64,000 nt of DNA from an uncultured Anaerolineales bacterium (GTDB lineage Bacteria > Chloroflexota > Anaerolineae > CG2-30-64-16): contig CAZELR010000002.1 of the NCBI GenBank assembly GCA_964513075.1, positions 1,205 to 65,204 on the forward strand. The letters run 5' to 3'. Numbering within the stretch: position 1 is the stretch's first letter; the number at the start of each line of letters is the position of its first letter. A model generated the notes under the pieces. It was not told the DNA's origin. It made no database searches and worked only from the letters and a program-made list of their open reading frames with translations. Below, in pieces: positions 30,469 through 39,927 of the stretch. The position numbers and the translations under genes were made by a program.

Positions 30469-30605
30469 TTGACAGACTCCTCACAAGGTGTTGCCATTTG
30501 AGTATAGCATGGCCGCGGGTGCACGCCAAAGGGTGGACCCCTTGTTTGCGCCTTCATGCCGTGGGGCGGTATAATCGCGGTTGAATCTGAACTGGGAGAG
30601 CTATT

Positions 30606-32366
30606 ATGTTGAAGTCCATCAACTGTGGAGAATTGCGCTCGGAGCACACCGGGCAGACTGTGACCTTGGCCGGGTGGGTGCATCGTCGGCGTGACCATGG
30701 CGCGTTGTTGTTTCTTGATCTGCGTGATCGTTCAGGCATCGTTCAGGTGACCTGCGATGCGCAGGCGGCGTCGGTGGCCCACGCTGTGCTCAATGCTGCA
30801 CGAAGCGAGTACGTCATCCAGGTGACCGGAATCGTGCAGGTGCGGCCCGCCGGGTTGACTAACCCCAATCTGCCCACGGGCGAGATCGAGGTTGTAGCTG
30901 CCGCCGCTCAGATCCTCAATGAGGCGCGCACGACGCCGTTCTATATCAACGAGGATTCAGATGTGGACGAAGCATTGCGATTGAAATATCGTTATCTCGA
31001 TCTGCGCCGTCCAGCCATGCAGCGCAACATCCTGTTACGCCATCACACCGTGAAATTGATCCGCGACTTCATGACCGATCAGGGGTTCATCGAAATTGAG
31101 ACCCCGATGCTCATTAAGACGACCCCGGAGGGTGCGCGCGATTACGTCGTGCCCAGCCGTGTTCATCCAGGCCAGTTTTACGCGCTGCCACAGTCGCCCC
31201 AGCAGCTCAAGCAGTTGTTGATGGTGGCTGGGTACGAACGCTACTTTCAGATCGCGCGCTGTTTTCGCGATGAAGACCTGCGCGCCGATCGACAGCCTGA
31301 ATTCACGCAATTGGATGTGGAGATGTCATTTGTCGAGCGCGAGGATGTGATGGGCATCATCGAGCCGCTCTATACAAGGATCATCGAAACTTTAGGCAGC
31401 AAACCGATCCTGCAGAAGCCATTCCCGGTCTTGACTTATGCCGAGGCGATGGACAAGTACGGCTCAGATAAGCCGGATCTGCGCTTCGGTATGCAGTTTG
31501 TGGATCTCAGCGATCTGCTGGCCGAGAGTGCGTTTCAGGTCTGCGCCGGTGCGGTAGCCGCGGGCGGGCAGGTCAAGGCGATTGTGGCGCCGGGCGCCGC
31601 CGCCTTCAGCCGGAAGCAGCTCGATGACTTGGCCGAGGTCGCCAGACGTCTTGGCGCCAAGGGCCTTATCTCGATCGTCTGCCGCGATGGTGGCGTGAAG
31701 ACCTCTGCCAAAGCACTGACCGAGTCCGAGTTGGCTGCCATCATCGCGCGCACCGGCGCCGGAGATGGCGACCTGATCTTGATCGTTGCCGATAGCCAGC
31801 GCAGCGTGGTGGCCAAGAGCTTGGGTGAACTGCGACTGTTGCTTGGGCAGCAACTAGGCTTAGTGCGAACTGGCAGCCATGCGTTGTGTTGGGTAGTTGA
31901 GTTTCCCTTGTTGGAGTGGAGCGCGGACGAGCAGCGCTGGTCAGCCATGCATCACCCCTTCACCTCGGCCATGGATGAAGATTGGGATTTGCTGGAGAGC
32001 GATCCCGGCCGCGTGCGAGCCAAGGCGTACGACTTGGTGATGGACGGGTGGGAGGTGGGTGGCGGCAGTATTCGTATCCACCGTCGTGACCGGCAGCAAG
32101 CCATGTTCCGCGCGCTGGGCATCGGCCAGGAAGAGGCCGAAGAGAAGTTTGGCCATCTGTTGGAGGCGTTCGAGTACGGCGCGCCGCCTCACGGCGGCCT
32201 TGCCACCGGCATCGATCGCACCGTCGCCATCCTGGCGGGTACGCCCAGCATCCGAGACGTGATTGCCTTCCCGAAGACCGCGTCGGCCACCGACTTGATG
32301 TTTCGTTCGCCGTCAGAGATCAACGCGGCCCAGTTGCGCGAGCTGCACCTGGCGGTTGTTGATTAG
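30606..32366 (+). CDS. aspS: Aspartyl-tRNA synthetase (bacterial type)
   Basis: 586 aa with N-terminal OB fold, class II motifs ([18 protein letters not shown]; [11 protein letters not shown]) and the bacterial insertion domain. Confidence 0.95.
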   Translation: MLKSINCGELRSEHTGQTVTLAGWVHRRRDHGALLFLDLRDRSGIVQVTCDAQAASVAHAVLNAARSEYVIQVTGIVQVRPAGLTNPNLPTGEIEVVAAAAQILNEARTTPFYINEDSDVDEALRLKYRYLDLRRPAMQRNILLRHHTVKLIRDFMTDQGFIEIETPMLIKTTPEGARDYVVPSRVHPGQFYALPQSPQQLKQLLMVAGYERYFQIARCFRDEDLRADRQPEFTQLDVEMSFVEREDVMGIIEPLYTRIIETLGSKPILQKPFPVLTYAEAMDKYGSDKPDLRFGMQFVDLSDLLAESAFQVCAGAVAAGGQVKAIVAPGAAAFSRKQLDDLAEVARRLGAKGLISIVCRDGGVKTSAKALTESELAAIIARTGAGDGDLILIVADSQRSVVAKSLGELRLLLGQQLGLVRTGSHALCWVVEFPLLEWSADEQRWSAMHHPFTSAMDEDWDLLESDPGRVRAKAYDLVMDGWEVGGGSIRIHRRDRQQAMFRALGIGQEEAEEKFGHLLEAFEYGAPPHGGLATGIDRTVAILAGTPSIRDVIAFPKTASATDLMFRSPSEINAAQLRELHLAVVD

Positions 32367-32798
32367 GGAGCGAGGCGCCCGGGGTGTCTTGCCTCTTCTC
32401 TGAGGTTTGCGCCCTGAAAAAAGTTGTGCTAGGATAACCCAGCAGAACCCTGCCGTGCTCGTGATGTTCCAACAGCGTTTTGAGCCAACATGAATACAAA
32501 GGGAGCTGGACATCCCGGCCGGAGATGCAATAGCTGCGCACGCCGCTTCGTGTGACGTGCGTCTTAGCAAAGCAGAACTGACCGGCAAGGCACCCACCTG
32601 CGAAAGCAGGTTCAAAACAGTCGAGCACACGGCACAGCGGGGGACTCAGAATATAAACGGCCATTTGGGAATGCCCAGATGGCCGTTTTGAGTTTTGTAA
32701 AACCCTTGACATAGCCTCTCGGATTGTGCTATTCTTGATCCAACAGCCGTCCGTGCTGGTGCCGACCGGCCGATTCCTAGTCTTAATCGAGGAACCCT

Positions 32799-33644
32799 TT
32801 GAAGCGCGATCGCATCTCTGATGGCGTCTACGTATTTACCAGCGGTGTTTATGCCGAGGTCACGGCGACGATCATTTTTACCGATGAGGGCGCCGTGTTG
32901 GTGGACACGCTGCCGTTTCCGCAAGAAACCCGGCACATTCGCGAGTTTGTGAATCAGCGTCGGTCGAAAGTGGCCTACGTTATTAACACGCACTCGCACG
33001 CCGACCATATCTATGGGACCTATCTGTTCCCTGAGGCGTTGGTCGTTGCGCACTATCGCTGTCGCCGCATCATGGAACGTTACGCTGAAGCTGCGTTGGT
33101 TCAGGCCAAAGACCATACGCCACAGCTCAGCGACGTGAAGATCCGCTACCCTGAATTGCTCTTCAACGACGCGATGACACTGCGAATTGGCGGCAAGACG
33201 ATTGAGCTTAACTACTCGCCCGGTCACAGTCGTGACGTTATCACCGTGCATGTGGTCGAGGACCGACTGATGATCGCCAGTGACAGCGTGATGCCTGTTC
33301 CTTACATCGTCGGTGGCGATCTTGATGACATGATCCTTTCGCTGCAGGCGATACGGGCTAAGAGCCTGGAAAACCTGGTGCAGGGGCACGGCGAGGTGCT
33401 GTTGCGGGGCGAGATCGAAGAGACGCTGGACGCCAATATCAACTACCTGCGAATGATCGATCGGCTGGTGCGTGAGCGTATCGCGCGCGGCGTGCCGCGC
33501 GCCGGCATTGTCGACATTACCATCGAAGAATGTGGGCTCTCTCGGATTCCCTTGGGCGGTCTGGTGCAGAAACTACATCAGGCCAATCTGTTGACCCTCT
33601 ATGATGCCTACCGTTCTGAGATGCGCGCTCGGCGCACGGGCTAG
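32799..33644 (+). CDS. MBL-fold metallo-hydrolase
   Basis: HSHADH zinc-binding motif; TTG start with GAGGA 5 nt upstream; TTGACA-18-TATTCT promoter upstream. Confidence 0.75.
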   Translation: MKRDRISDGVYVFTSGVYAEVTATIIFTDEGAVLVDTLPFPQETRHIREFVNQRRSKVAYVINTHSHADHIYGTYLFPEALVVAHYRCRRIMERYAEAALVQAKDHTPQLSDVKIRYPELLFNDAMTLRIGGKTIELNYSPGHSRDVITVHVVEDRLMIASDSVMPVPYIVGGDLDDMILSLQAIRAKSLENLVQGHGEVLLRGEIEETLDANINYLRMIDRLVRERIARGVPRAGIVDITIEECGLSRIPLGGLVQKLHQANLLTLYDAYRSEMRARRTG

Positions 33645-33694
33645 GGGCCGTTTCGGCCGCAATACGCGTCTCTCATGGCTTCGTGGGGCGGTGG

Positions 33695-35866
33695 TCAGGG
33701 AAGCAGCACGATCTGCCTAACGACCACGCGCGTTTGCGGTGCTGCTGCAGCCAGTTCGACTTCTTGGACGCCTGCGCTCAGCGATAATCGTGCCACATAA
33801 GCGCCTTCCTCATGGGGCAGAGCAAGCGGCGCACTGTCCGGCGCCAGCCTGACCTGCACCACAGCCTGCCCAGCCGCGCGAGCATGCACTACTAGCCTTG
33901 CACTGCCGACAAACGAGCGCGTCTGATCGATTGCATCGAACGGTTCCCACCCAAGGCCAAGCGATAGATACGGGGTTGCCTCAGGTGGCGGCAGGACCTC
34001 GTAGACTGTGAGTCGGTCATCTGCGTAGACCGGCGCTTGCTCACCGAAGACTTCGGCTGCGTATGCTTTCGTAGCCTCTCGCTCGTGGCCTCCCGGCATC
34101 TTATAGTGATCCAGCACCACCCAGCGCACTTCCAAATCAGCCAAAGCTTGCTGCCCCTGGCTTGCCAGGTCGAACGCGATCACATCTGGCCCCAGGTGCC
34201 GGAAAATCTGGAGGATCGGCGTCCGGTCGACCAGGGTGCGCGGGTCATCGCGGCTGATGTAAGCGGCCGTCAATGGCTTGCCATGCTCGGTCTGATAGAG
34301 CAGATAGCCGGGGCGGTCCCAGTTCATTGGGAGATTGAGCACCGCACCGGGCCGAGGATCAGACGCCAGAGTTCGATACCAGGCCGGGGTGTCGGGTGGG
34401 CTCATGGGATAGGGTATGGGCAAGTACTCGAACAGGATCAGCGCGCCGGCGATGACCACGGCCACACGCCCCAGCGGCCATCGGGCCAGCCAGTTAGCGC
34501 CTGCCGCCGCCAAGACCCCCAAAGCCAGCATCACCATGCTGTCGAAGCGGCTGACCGACCTTGTAATCTCAATGAATGGCACGAGCTGAGTCAGCAGCCC
34601 GTAGGGCAAAGGCACTTCGCGGCCGCCGGGCAGCAGCTCGGTACGACCGCCGATGTGCAGAACCGGTCCCAGCGCCAGGATGAAAAACAGCAGCAGAATC
34701 ACCAGCCAGAAACCCGGCCGTCTGGCTGCAAGAGACCTGATCTGGCCCGTTTGTCTCTCAACCGCGGTGTGCGCTGGCCGACGACGGCGCGTCGTTCCCC
34801 ATAGCCCTGCCCCTGCTAACCCTAACGCCGTAAACCCGGCGAAGACGGTATACTCCGACACAGTGGACGTGAATACCTGGCTGCGCTCCTGCGCCCACGC
34901 GCCCCACAGCGGGTGAAATGCTTGCGGAGTGACGAATGCCAGCAGGTCAGCCGAAAGGGTGCGACTCTGCGTTGGGTCGGGAATCATGAAATCGAACTGA
35001 CGCGCTTCGCGCACCATCGGCGCCAGCCACGGGGCTACGGCGATGGCCCAGGCTAACCCCAGGCCAATCATGGCGCCGATGCTGCGCGTGGCTGCTCTTT
35101 CCAACCGCTGGCCTTTGACCCTTTCCGCGATGGTCGCGCCCGCGATCCAGGCTGCCACTGCCGCGGTGAAGATCAAACAATACATCAGATAATACCAATC
35201 GCACAGAGTCACCAGCACCAGGAAGAGCGCGGCCAGTAATGCGTTGTGAATGATAGCGCGTCTGGGTTTGTTGTTGTAGGCTGCTGCCATTGTCCGCAGC
35301 AGATACAGCACATAAAAGGGGATCCACTCCAGGCTGATAAGCTGCATATGGCCCAGCAGGTGGGCGATGTGATAGGGAGAGAAGGTGAAGATGAGTCCGG
35401 CGATGAAGGCCGCCCAGCGGTTTGCGCCGGGGCCCAGCACGTAGCGCGCCAGCAGATAGGCGCCCAGCCCCCCAAGGACAAAGCTGAATGTTACCGCGGT
35501 GTTATAGGCTGGTAGCAGTCCCCAGGCGATTTGGACCGGTAGGAAGGTAAAGCCGTTGAAGCCGTTAAGCGTGTGAAACAGTAGCTCTACGCCAGTGGGA
35601 TAGTAGAGGACGTTAGTGAACCAAGGCTGCGTGTGCTGCTCGAGCAGTGCGACCTTCACCCACCACAAGTTCCAATAGTTCTGCCAGCCGTCGAAACCAT
35701 CACCGGGGATGGCTGCTGCGAATTGGGTGACCAGGGGATAGGTCATGCCCAAGGTGAGCAGAACGTAGCCGGCCAGTGCCCGACCACCGAAGTCGAACGG
35801 TTGGGCCTGGTGATTGCGACGCGTCTCCTGGGATCTGTCTGGGTAGCTTGATGCTGTAGGTTTCAT
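33695..35866 (-). CDS. Polytopic membrane protein, putative GT-C-fold glycosyltransferase (YfhO/PMT-like)
   Basis: 723 aa; about 12 N-terminal TM helices plus a C-terminal extracytoplasmic domain; family assignment is tentative. Confidence 0.5.
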   Translation of the reverse strand: MKPTASSYPDRSQETRRNHQAQPFDFGGRALAGYVLLTLGMTYPLVTQFAAAIPGDGFDGWQNYWNLWWVKVALLEQHTQPWFTNVLYYPTGVELLFHTLNGFNGFTFLPVQIAWGLLPAYNTAVTFSFVLGGLGAYLLARYVLGPGANRWAAFIAGLIFTFSPYHIAHLLGHMQLISLEWIPFYVLYLLRTMAAAYNNKPRRAIIHNALLAALFLVLVTLCDWYYLMYCLIFTAAVAAWIAGATIAERVKGQRLERAATRSIGAMIGLGLAWAIAVAPWLAPMVREARQFDFMIPDPTQSRTLSADLLAFVTPQAFHPLWGAWAQERSQVFTSTVSEYTVFAGFTALGLAGAGLWGTTRRRRPAHTAVERQTGQIRSLAARRPGFWLVILLLFFILALGPVLHIGGRTELLPGGREVPLPYGLLTQLVPFIEITRSVSRFDSMVMLALGVLAAAGANWLARWPLGRVAVVIAGALILFEYLPIPYPMSPPDTPAWYRTLASDPRPGAVLNLPMNWDRPGYLLYQTEHGKPLTAAYISRDDPRTLVDRTPILQIFRHLGPDVIAFDLASQGQQALADLEVRWVVLDHYKMPGGHEREATKAYAAEVFGEQAPVYADDRLTVYEVLPPPEATPYLSLGLGWEPFDAIDQTRSFVGSARLVVHARAAGQAVVQVRLAPDSAPLALPHEEGAYVARLSLSAGVQEVELAAAAPQTRVVVRQIVLLP

Positions 35867-36504
35867 GCGTTAGGCCCCGCTGCACCGGCCGCGACCAGGG
35901 CGCGGGTCAACACCCCTTCACCAACCGTCGCGATTTCATCGACGCGAGCGCCGATCCCCTCGCAGTAGTCGGCATCGCGGATCAATGCCAGATTGGTATG
36001 CACGTTCCGGGTCGCACCCTGCAGGCCGGCATGCGCCAACAACGCGCCGACCGCCGCATCACTGGCCGCATTGCGGTTGCCGTGTGCGGCGGCTGCCGCG
36101 GCCAACTTCAGAGCCTGCAAGCAGAGGTCGGCAACTTCCAGTTGCGCCTCTGTCGCATGACGCAACTCAACCCTGATGGCCTCGGCGCGGCGCATCTGTG
36201 ATCCGGGCTCCTTGGGTATCTGATACGCGGTCATGACTTTGCAATAGGTGCGCGCATCGATATCTACCAGCGCCAACAGCCTCGCCCGCACCGCGTCGGC
36301 GGCATCCTGGATTGTGACCATCGCTGTTTCGTGCTCAGCGTAGCGCGGTCGCCCGACGGTAAGCCGGGCGACCATGGCTGCCAGTGCAGCGCCTTGTGCA
36401 CCTGCCAGCGCTGCGGCCGATCCGCCGCCCGGCAGGGGGCTCTCGCGGGCCAGTCGATCGATGAACTCAGCAACGGTCAAGTCAACCAGGCTTGGTGTCG
36501 TCAT
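35863..36504 (-). CDS. Cyclodeaminase/cyclohydrolase family protein (FtcD C-terminal-like)
   Basis: About 210-aa all-helical protein with LPGGGSAAALAGAQGAALAAMV signature; start overlaps the upstream gene. Confidence 0.7.
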   Translation of the reverse strand: MTTPSLVDLTVAEFIDRLARESPLPGGGSAAALAGAQGAALAAMVARLTVGRPRYAEHETAMVTIQDAADAVRARLLALVDIDARTYCKVMTAYQIPKEPGSQMRRAEAIRVELRHATEAQLEVADLCLQALKLAAAAAAHGNRNAASDAAVGALLAHAGLQGATRNVHTNLALIRDADYCEGIGARVDEIATVGEGVLTRALVAAGAAGPNA

Positions 36505-36786
36505 TTAGTAATCTGGCCTTGTTCTTGTTTGTCTGGCGTGAAGACGCCATATCATGGCGCCATTATAAGCGTCGAGTATTGGAAGCGCAAAGGCGCACGC
36601 GTTATCTGCCAGGGTGCGAGAAAGAAAGAGAGGTTCGCGTTCGGGTGCCAAAGGCTGCTCAACGCAAATGATTCGTTAACATGCAAGAAGCGTAATGCTA
36701 ACAAAACTTTGATAATCTTATCTTGGCGTCATCGTTGGCTCAATGTCCGTTCTGTGATAGAATCGATTTCAGTCCGTACTGGCCGA

Positions 36787-37215
36787 ATGTGGATTCTCAG
36801 CACGGAAGGCGCCCCGGAACATGGGCAGGAGGATAGGTCAGTGTATCGCGATAACTACAACGACGTTCGGTGGGGATTGTCGCACGAAGCGGTCTGGCAT
36901 CCGCCCACGGATGTCTATGAGACTGACGACTGCGTTGTCGTACTGGTGGAAATTGCCGGGCTGAGCTTTGGCGATTACGAGGTTCTCTTGGATGGCCGCA
37001 CGCTCGTTATCAGCGGTGAGCGCCGCGATCCTGCCGAGAAGCTGGTTTATCAGCAAATGGAGATTCGCCACGGCAAATTTCGCGCCCAGGTGCACCTGCC
37101 GTGGGCTTTGGAGAGTAGCGGGTACGAGGCAAGCTACGAGAACGGCTTCTTGAAAGTCGCGCTACCGAAGGCGCGGGCGCGCCGTGTGCCGGTGCATGTG
37201 ACGCCCAGTGAATGA
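36787..37215 (+). CDS. Hsp20/alpha-crystallin small heat-shock protein
   Basis: Alpha-crystallin domain (PPTDVYETDDCVVVLVEIAGLSFGDYEV...GFLKVALPK); 23 nt upstream of lon; TTGGCT-17-TAGAAT promoter upstream. Confidence 0.75.
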   Translation: MWILSTEGAPEHGQEDRSVYRDNYNDVRWGLSHEAVWHPPTDVYETDDCVVVLVEIAGLSFGDYEVLLDGRTLVISGERRDPAEKLVYQQMEIRHGKFRAQVHLPWALESSGYEASYENGFLKVALPKARARRVPVHVTPSE

Positions 37216-37244
37216 CTTTTCGGATGTTATAAGGATGTGTGTTG

Positions 37245-39704
37245 ATGGCAGAGCAAAACGAATTTCATATTCCCGCTGAGTTACCCATCCTCCCGTTGCG
37301 AGGGGTGGTGGTGTATCCCATGATGTGGTTGCCTTTGACGATTGGCCAGGAGCGCTCTATCCGGCTGGTCGACGACACGCTTATTGAAGCGTCTGATCAG
37401 CGCATCATCGGCTTGGCCGCTTCGCTTGATGCGGAATTGGAAGAACCGAGCTCGGATCAGGTGCATCAGATAGGTACGGCCGCGGTTGTACACCGCATGT
37501 TGCGCGCTCCGGATGGCTCTATCCGTCTCATTGTCCAGGGGCTCGAACGTATCCGCATCCTCAATTACCTGCAGGAGCAGCCTTATCTGCGCGCCCAGGT
37601 CGAAGTGATCCCGGATGAGGAGGACGAAGAGACGTCATTGGAACAGGAGGCCGTGGCCCGCAACACGTTGGAGTTGTTCCGCCGATTGGTTTCTCTGGTG
37701 CCGCACATGCCCGAGGAACTTGAGACCGCTGCGATCAATGCATCCGGGCCGCGCCAACTTGCCTATCTGGTCGCGGCTAGCACGCGGATGGAGTCTACTC
37801 AGGCGCAGGAGATCCTGGAGATCAATCCGGTCACCGAGAAACTGGTTAAGCTCAATGCAATTCTCGGCAAGGAACTGGAGGTGTTGGAATTGGGTCGCAA
37901 GATCCAGTCGCAGGCCCAGGATGAGATGAGCAAGATGCAGCGGGAGTACTTCCTGCACGAGCAGCTCAAGGCTATTCAGAAGGAATTGGGCGAAGGCGAC
38001 GAACAGGAGGCGGAGCTTCAGGAATTTGAGCGCCGAATCACCGCGTCGGGGATGCCCGGAGAGGCCGAGAAGGAAGCCCGCCGCGAGCTGGATCGCATGC
38101 GCAAGATGCCAACGCAGGCGGCGGAATACTCTGTCATCAAGACCTACCTGGACTGGATGGTGAGCTTGCCGTGGCAGGTGGCAACCGAGGATAATCTGGA
38201 TATCGCGCACGCCCGGCAGGTATTGGAAGAAGACCACTACGGCCTGGACGAAATCAAGGATCGCATCCTGGAATTTTTGGCGGTGCGCAAGCTCCGGCTC
38301 GACCGCCGCGCGTCGGGCGCCGGCGAGCCTGATGCCGACGCGCCTGTCGACCACATCCGCCGCGAGCGCGAGGGCGTGATCCTGTGCTTTGTGGGCCCGC
38401 CCGGAACCGGCAAGACCTCGCTGGGGCAGTCTATCGCGCGCGCCATGGGCCGCAAGTTCATTCGCCTATCGCTGGGCGGTATCCGCGACGAGGCCGAAAT
38501 TCGCGGCTTCCGGCGCACCTATATTGGCTCCATGCCGGGTCGCGTCATCCAGTCTGTGCGCCGCGCAGAGAGCCGCAATCCGGTCTTCATGCTGGACGAG
38601 GTCGACAAGCTGGGCCATGACTTCCGGGGAGATCCTTCTTCCGCGCTGCTGGAGGTGTTGGATCCCGAACAGAACACCGAGTTTCGCGATCACTACCTGG
38701 ATGTCCCATTTGACCTGAGCCCGGTGTTCTTCATCACCACGGCCAATTGGCTGGATACGATCCCCCAGCCGCTGCTTGACCGCATGGAGGTGATCCAACT
38801 CAGCTCCTACACCGAAGAGGAGAAGGTCAAGATCGCCCAAGGCTACCTTGTGCCCCGGCAGGTCAAAGAAAACGGCTTGCGTACGGGTGAGATTGAGTTC
38901 ACCGAAGAGGCGTTGCGCCGCATGGTGCGCGAGTACACTCGCGAGGCCGGTGTGCGCAACATCGAGCGCCAGATCGGTACGGTGTGCCGTAAGGTGGCCA
39001 CCAAGGTGGCCGAAAAGGGCGTTGGCCCGGAGCCGACGGTCATCACGGCTGAAAGCGTTGCCGAATACTTGGGGCGGCCGAAGTTCTTGTCTGAGGTGGC
39101 CGAGCGCGTCGTGATGCCCGGCGTGGCAACCGGCCTGGCGTGGACCCCTACGGGGGGCGATGTGTTGTTTCTGGAGGCTACACGCATGCCGGGTAGCAAA
39201 GGCTTCACCCTCACCGGCCAACTTGGTGATGTAATGAAGGAATCGGCGCAGGCGGCGTTGAGCTGGGTGCGCAATCAGGCGAAGGACTACGGCATCTCGG
39301 AAGATTTCTTCGCCAAGAGCGACATCCACCTGCATATCCCGTCAGGTGCGACCCCGAAGGATGGCCCCAGCGCGGGCGTTACGATGGCTACGGCGCTGGT
39401 CAGCCTGTTGACGGGCCGTCCGGTGCGTAAAGACGTGGGCATGACCGGCGAGATCACGCTGCGCGGCCAGGTGCTGCCGATCGGCGGCCTCAAGGAGAAG
39501 GTGCTGGCGGCCAATCGTTTCGGCCTGACTACCGTGATTTTGCCCAAGCGCAACGAGGGGGATCTGGAAGATGTGCCGGAGGCCGTGCGGTCGAAGATGA
39601 CCTTTGTGCTTGCTGAGCGGGTGGAGGATGTGATTCAGGCCGCACTGACGCCGATGTCAATGCCTGTTTCCGACGCCGATGTCGAATCGCAACCGGCCGG
39701 GTAA
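37245..39704 (+). CDS. lon: ATP-dependent Lon protease (endopeptidase La)
   Basis: LON N-domain, AAA+ domain ([11 protein letters not shown]) and the catalytic motif [15 protein letters not shown] with downstream Lys; ATG 37245 chosen (AAGGA 9 nt upstream), although the track starts at GTG 37239. Confidence 0.9.
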   Translation: MAEQNEFHIPAELPILPLRGVVVYPMMWLPLTIGQERSIRLVDDTLIEASDQRIIGLAASLDAELEEPSSDQVHQIGTAAVVHRMLRAPDGSIRLIVQGLERIRILNYLQEQPYLRAQVEVIPDEEDEETSLEQEAVARNTLELFRRLVSLVPHMPEELETAAINASGPRQLAYLVAASTRMESTQAQEILEINPVTEKLVKLNAILGKELEVLELGRKIQSQAQDEMSKMQREYFLHEQLKAIQKELGEGDEQEAELQEFERRITASGMPGEAEKEARRELDRMRKMPTQAAEYSVIKTYLDWMVSLPWQVATEDNLDIAHARQVLEEDHYGLDEIKDRILEFLAVRKLRLDRRASGAGEPDADAPVDHIRREREGVILCFVGPPGTGKTSLGQSIARAMGRKFIRLSLGGIRDEAEIRGFRRTYIGSMPGRVIQSVRRAESRNPVFMLDEVDKLGHDFRGDPSSALLEVLDPEQNTEFRDHYLDVPFDLSPVFFITTANWLDTIPQPLLDRMEVIQLSSYTEEEKVKIAQGYLVPRQVKENGLRTGEIEFTEEALRRMVREYTREAGVRNIERQIGTVCRKVATKVAEKGVGPEPTVITAESVAEYLGRPKFLSEVAERVVMPGVATGLAWTPTGGDVLFLEATRMPGSKGFTLTGQLGDVMKESAQAALSWVRNQAKDYGISEDFFAKSDIHLHIPSGATPKDGPSAGVTMATALVSLLTGRPVRKDVGMTGEITLRGQVLPIGGLKEKVLAANRFGLTTVILPKRNEGDLEDVPEAVRSKMTFVLAERVEDVIQAALTPMSMPVSDADVESQPAG

Positions 39705-39802
39705 GCTCAGTCCGTAACGGGTTGAAGTCGATGTTGAAGCACGCTATGCCTGTGCCAGCCGAATCAGGCTTGCCGCAGAGACTGCATGCGGACGACGTCA
39801 GC

Positions 39803-39830
39803 TTGACAAAAAAGCAAATGTAAACATAAT
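39803..39830 (+). promoter_or_regulatory. Sigma70-like promoter TTGACA-16-CATAAT upstream of the PHP gene
   Basis: AT-rich island; a ggctcgg-tcgaaagg-ccgagcc hairpin at 39870-39891 lies in the 5' UTR. Confidence 0.45.
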
Positions 39831-39927
39831 AGGTATTGAAGTACGTTTGTACCGGTTGGGCACCATATAGGCTCGGTCGAAAGGCCGAGCCATACTTTAA
39901 CAAGCCCAACCTTCAAGAAAGGAGTGA

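Noticed and set aside
30469-30605. T-box leader upstream of aspS
   Set aside because: Only 137 nt with a promoter-like TATAAT; too short and lacks T-box motifs
36505-36786. CIRCE (HrcA) operator upstream of hsp20
   Set aside because: The only inverted repeat (gttaacatgc...aatgctaac) deviates from TTAGCACTC-N9-GAGTGCTAA at most positions
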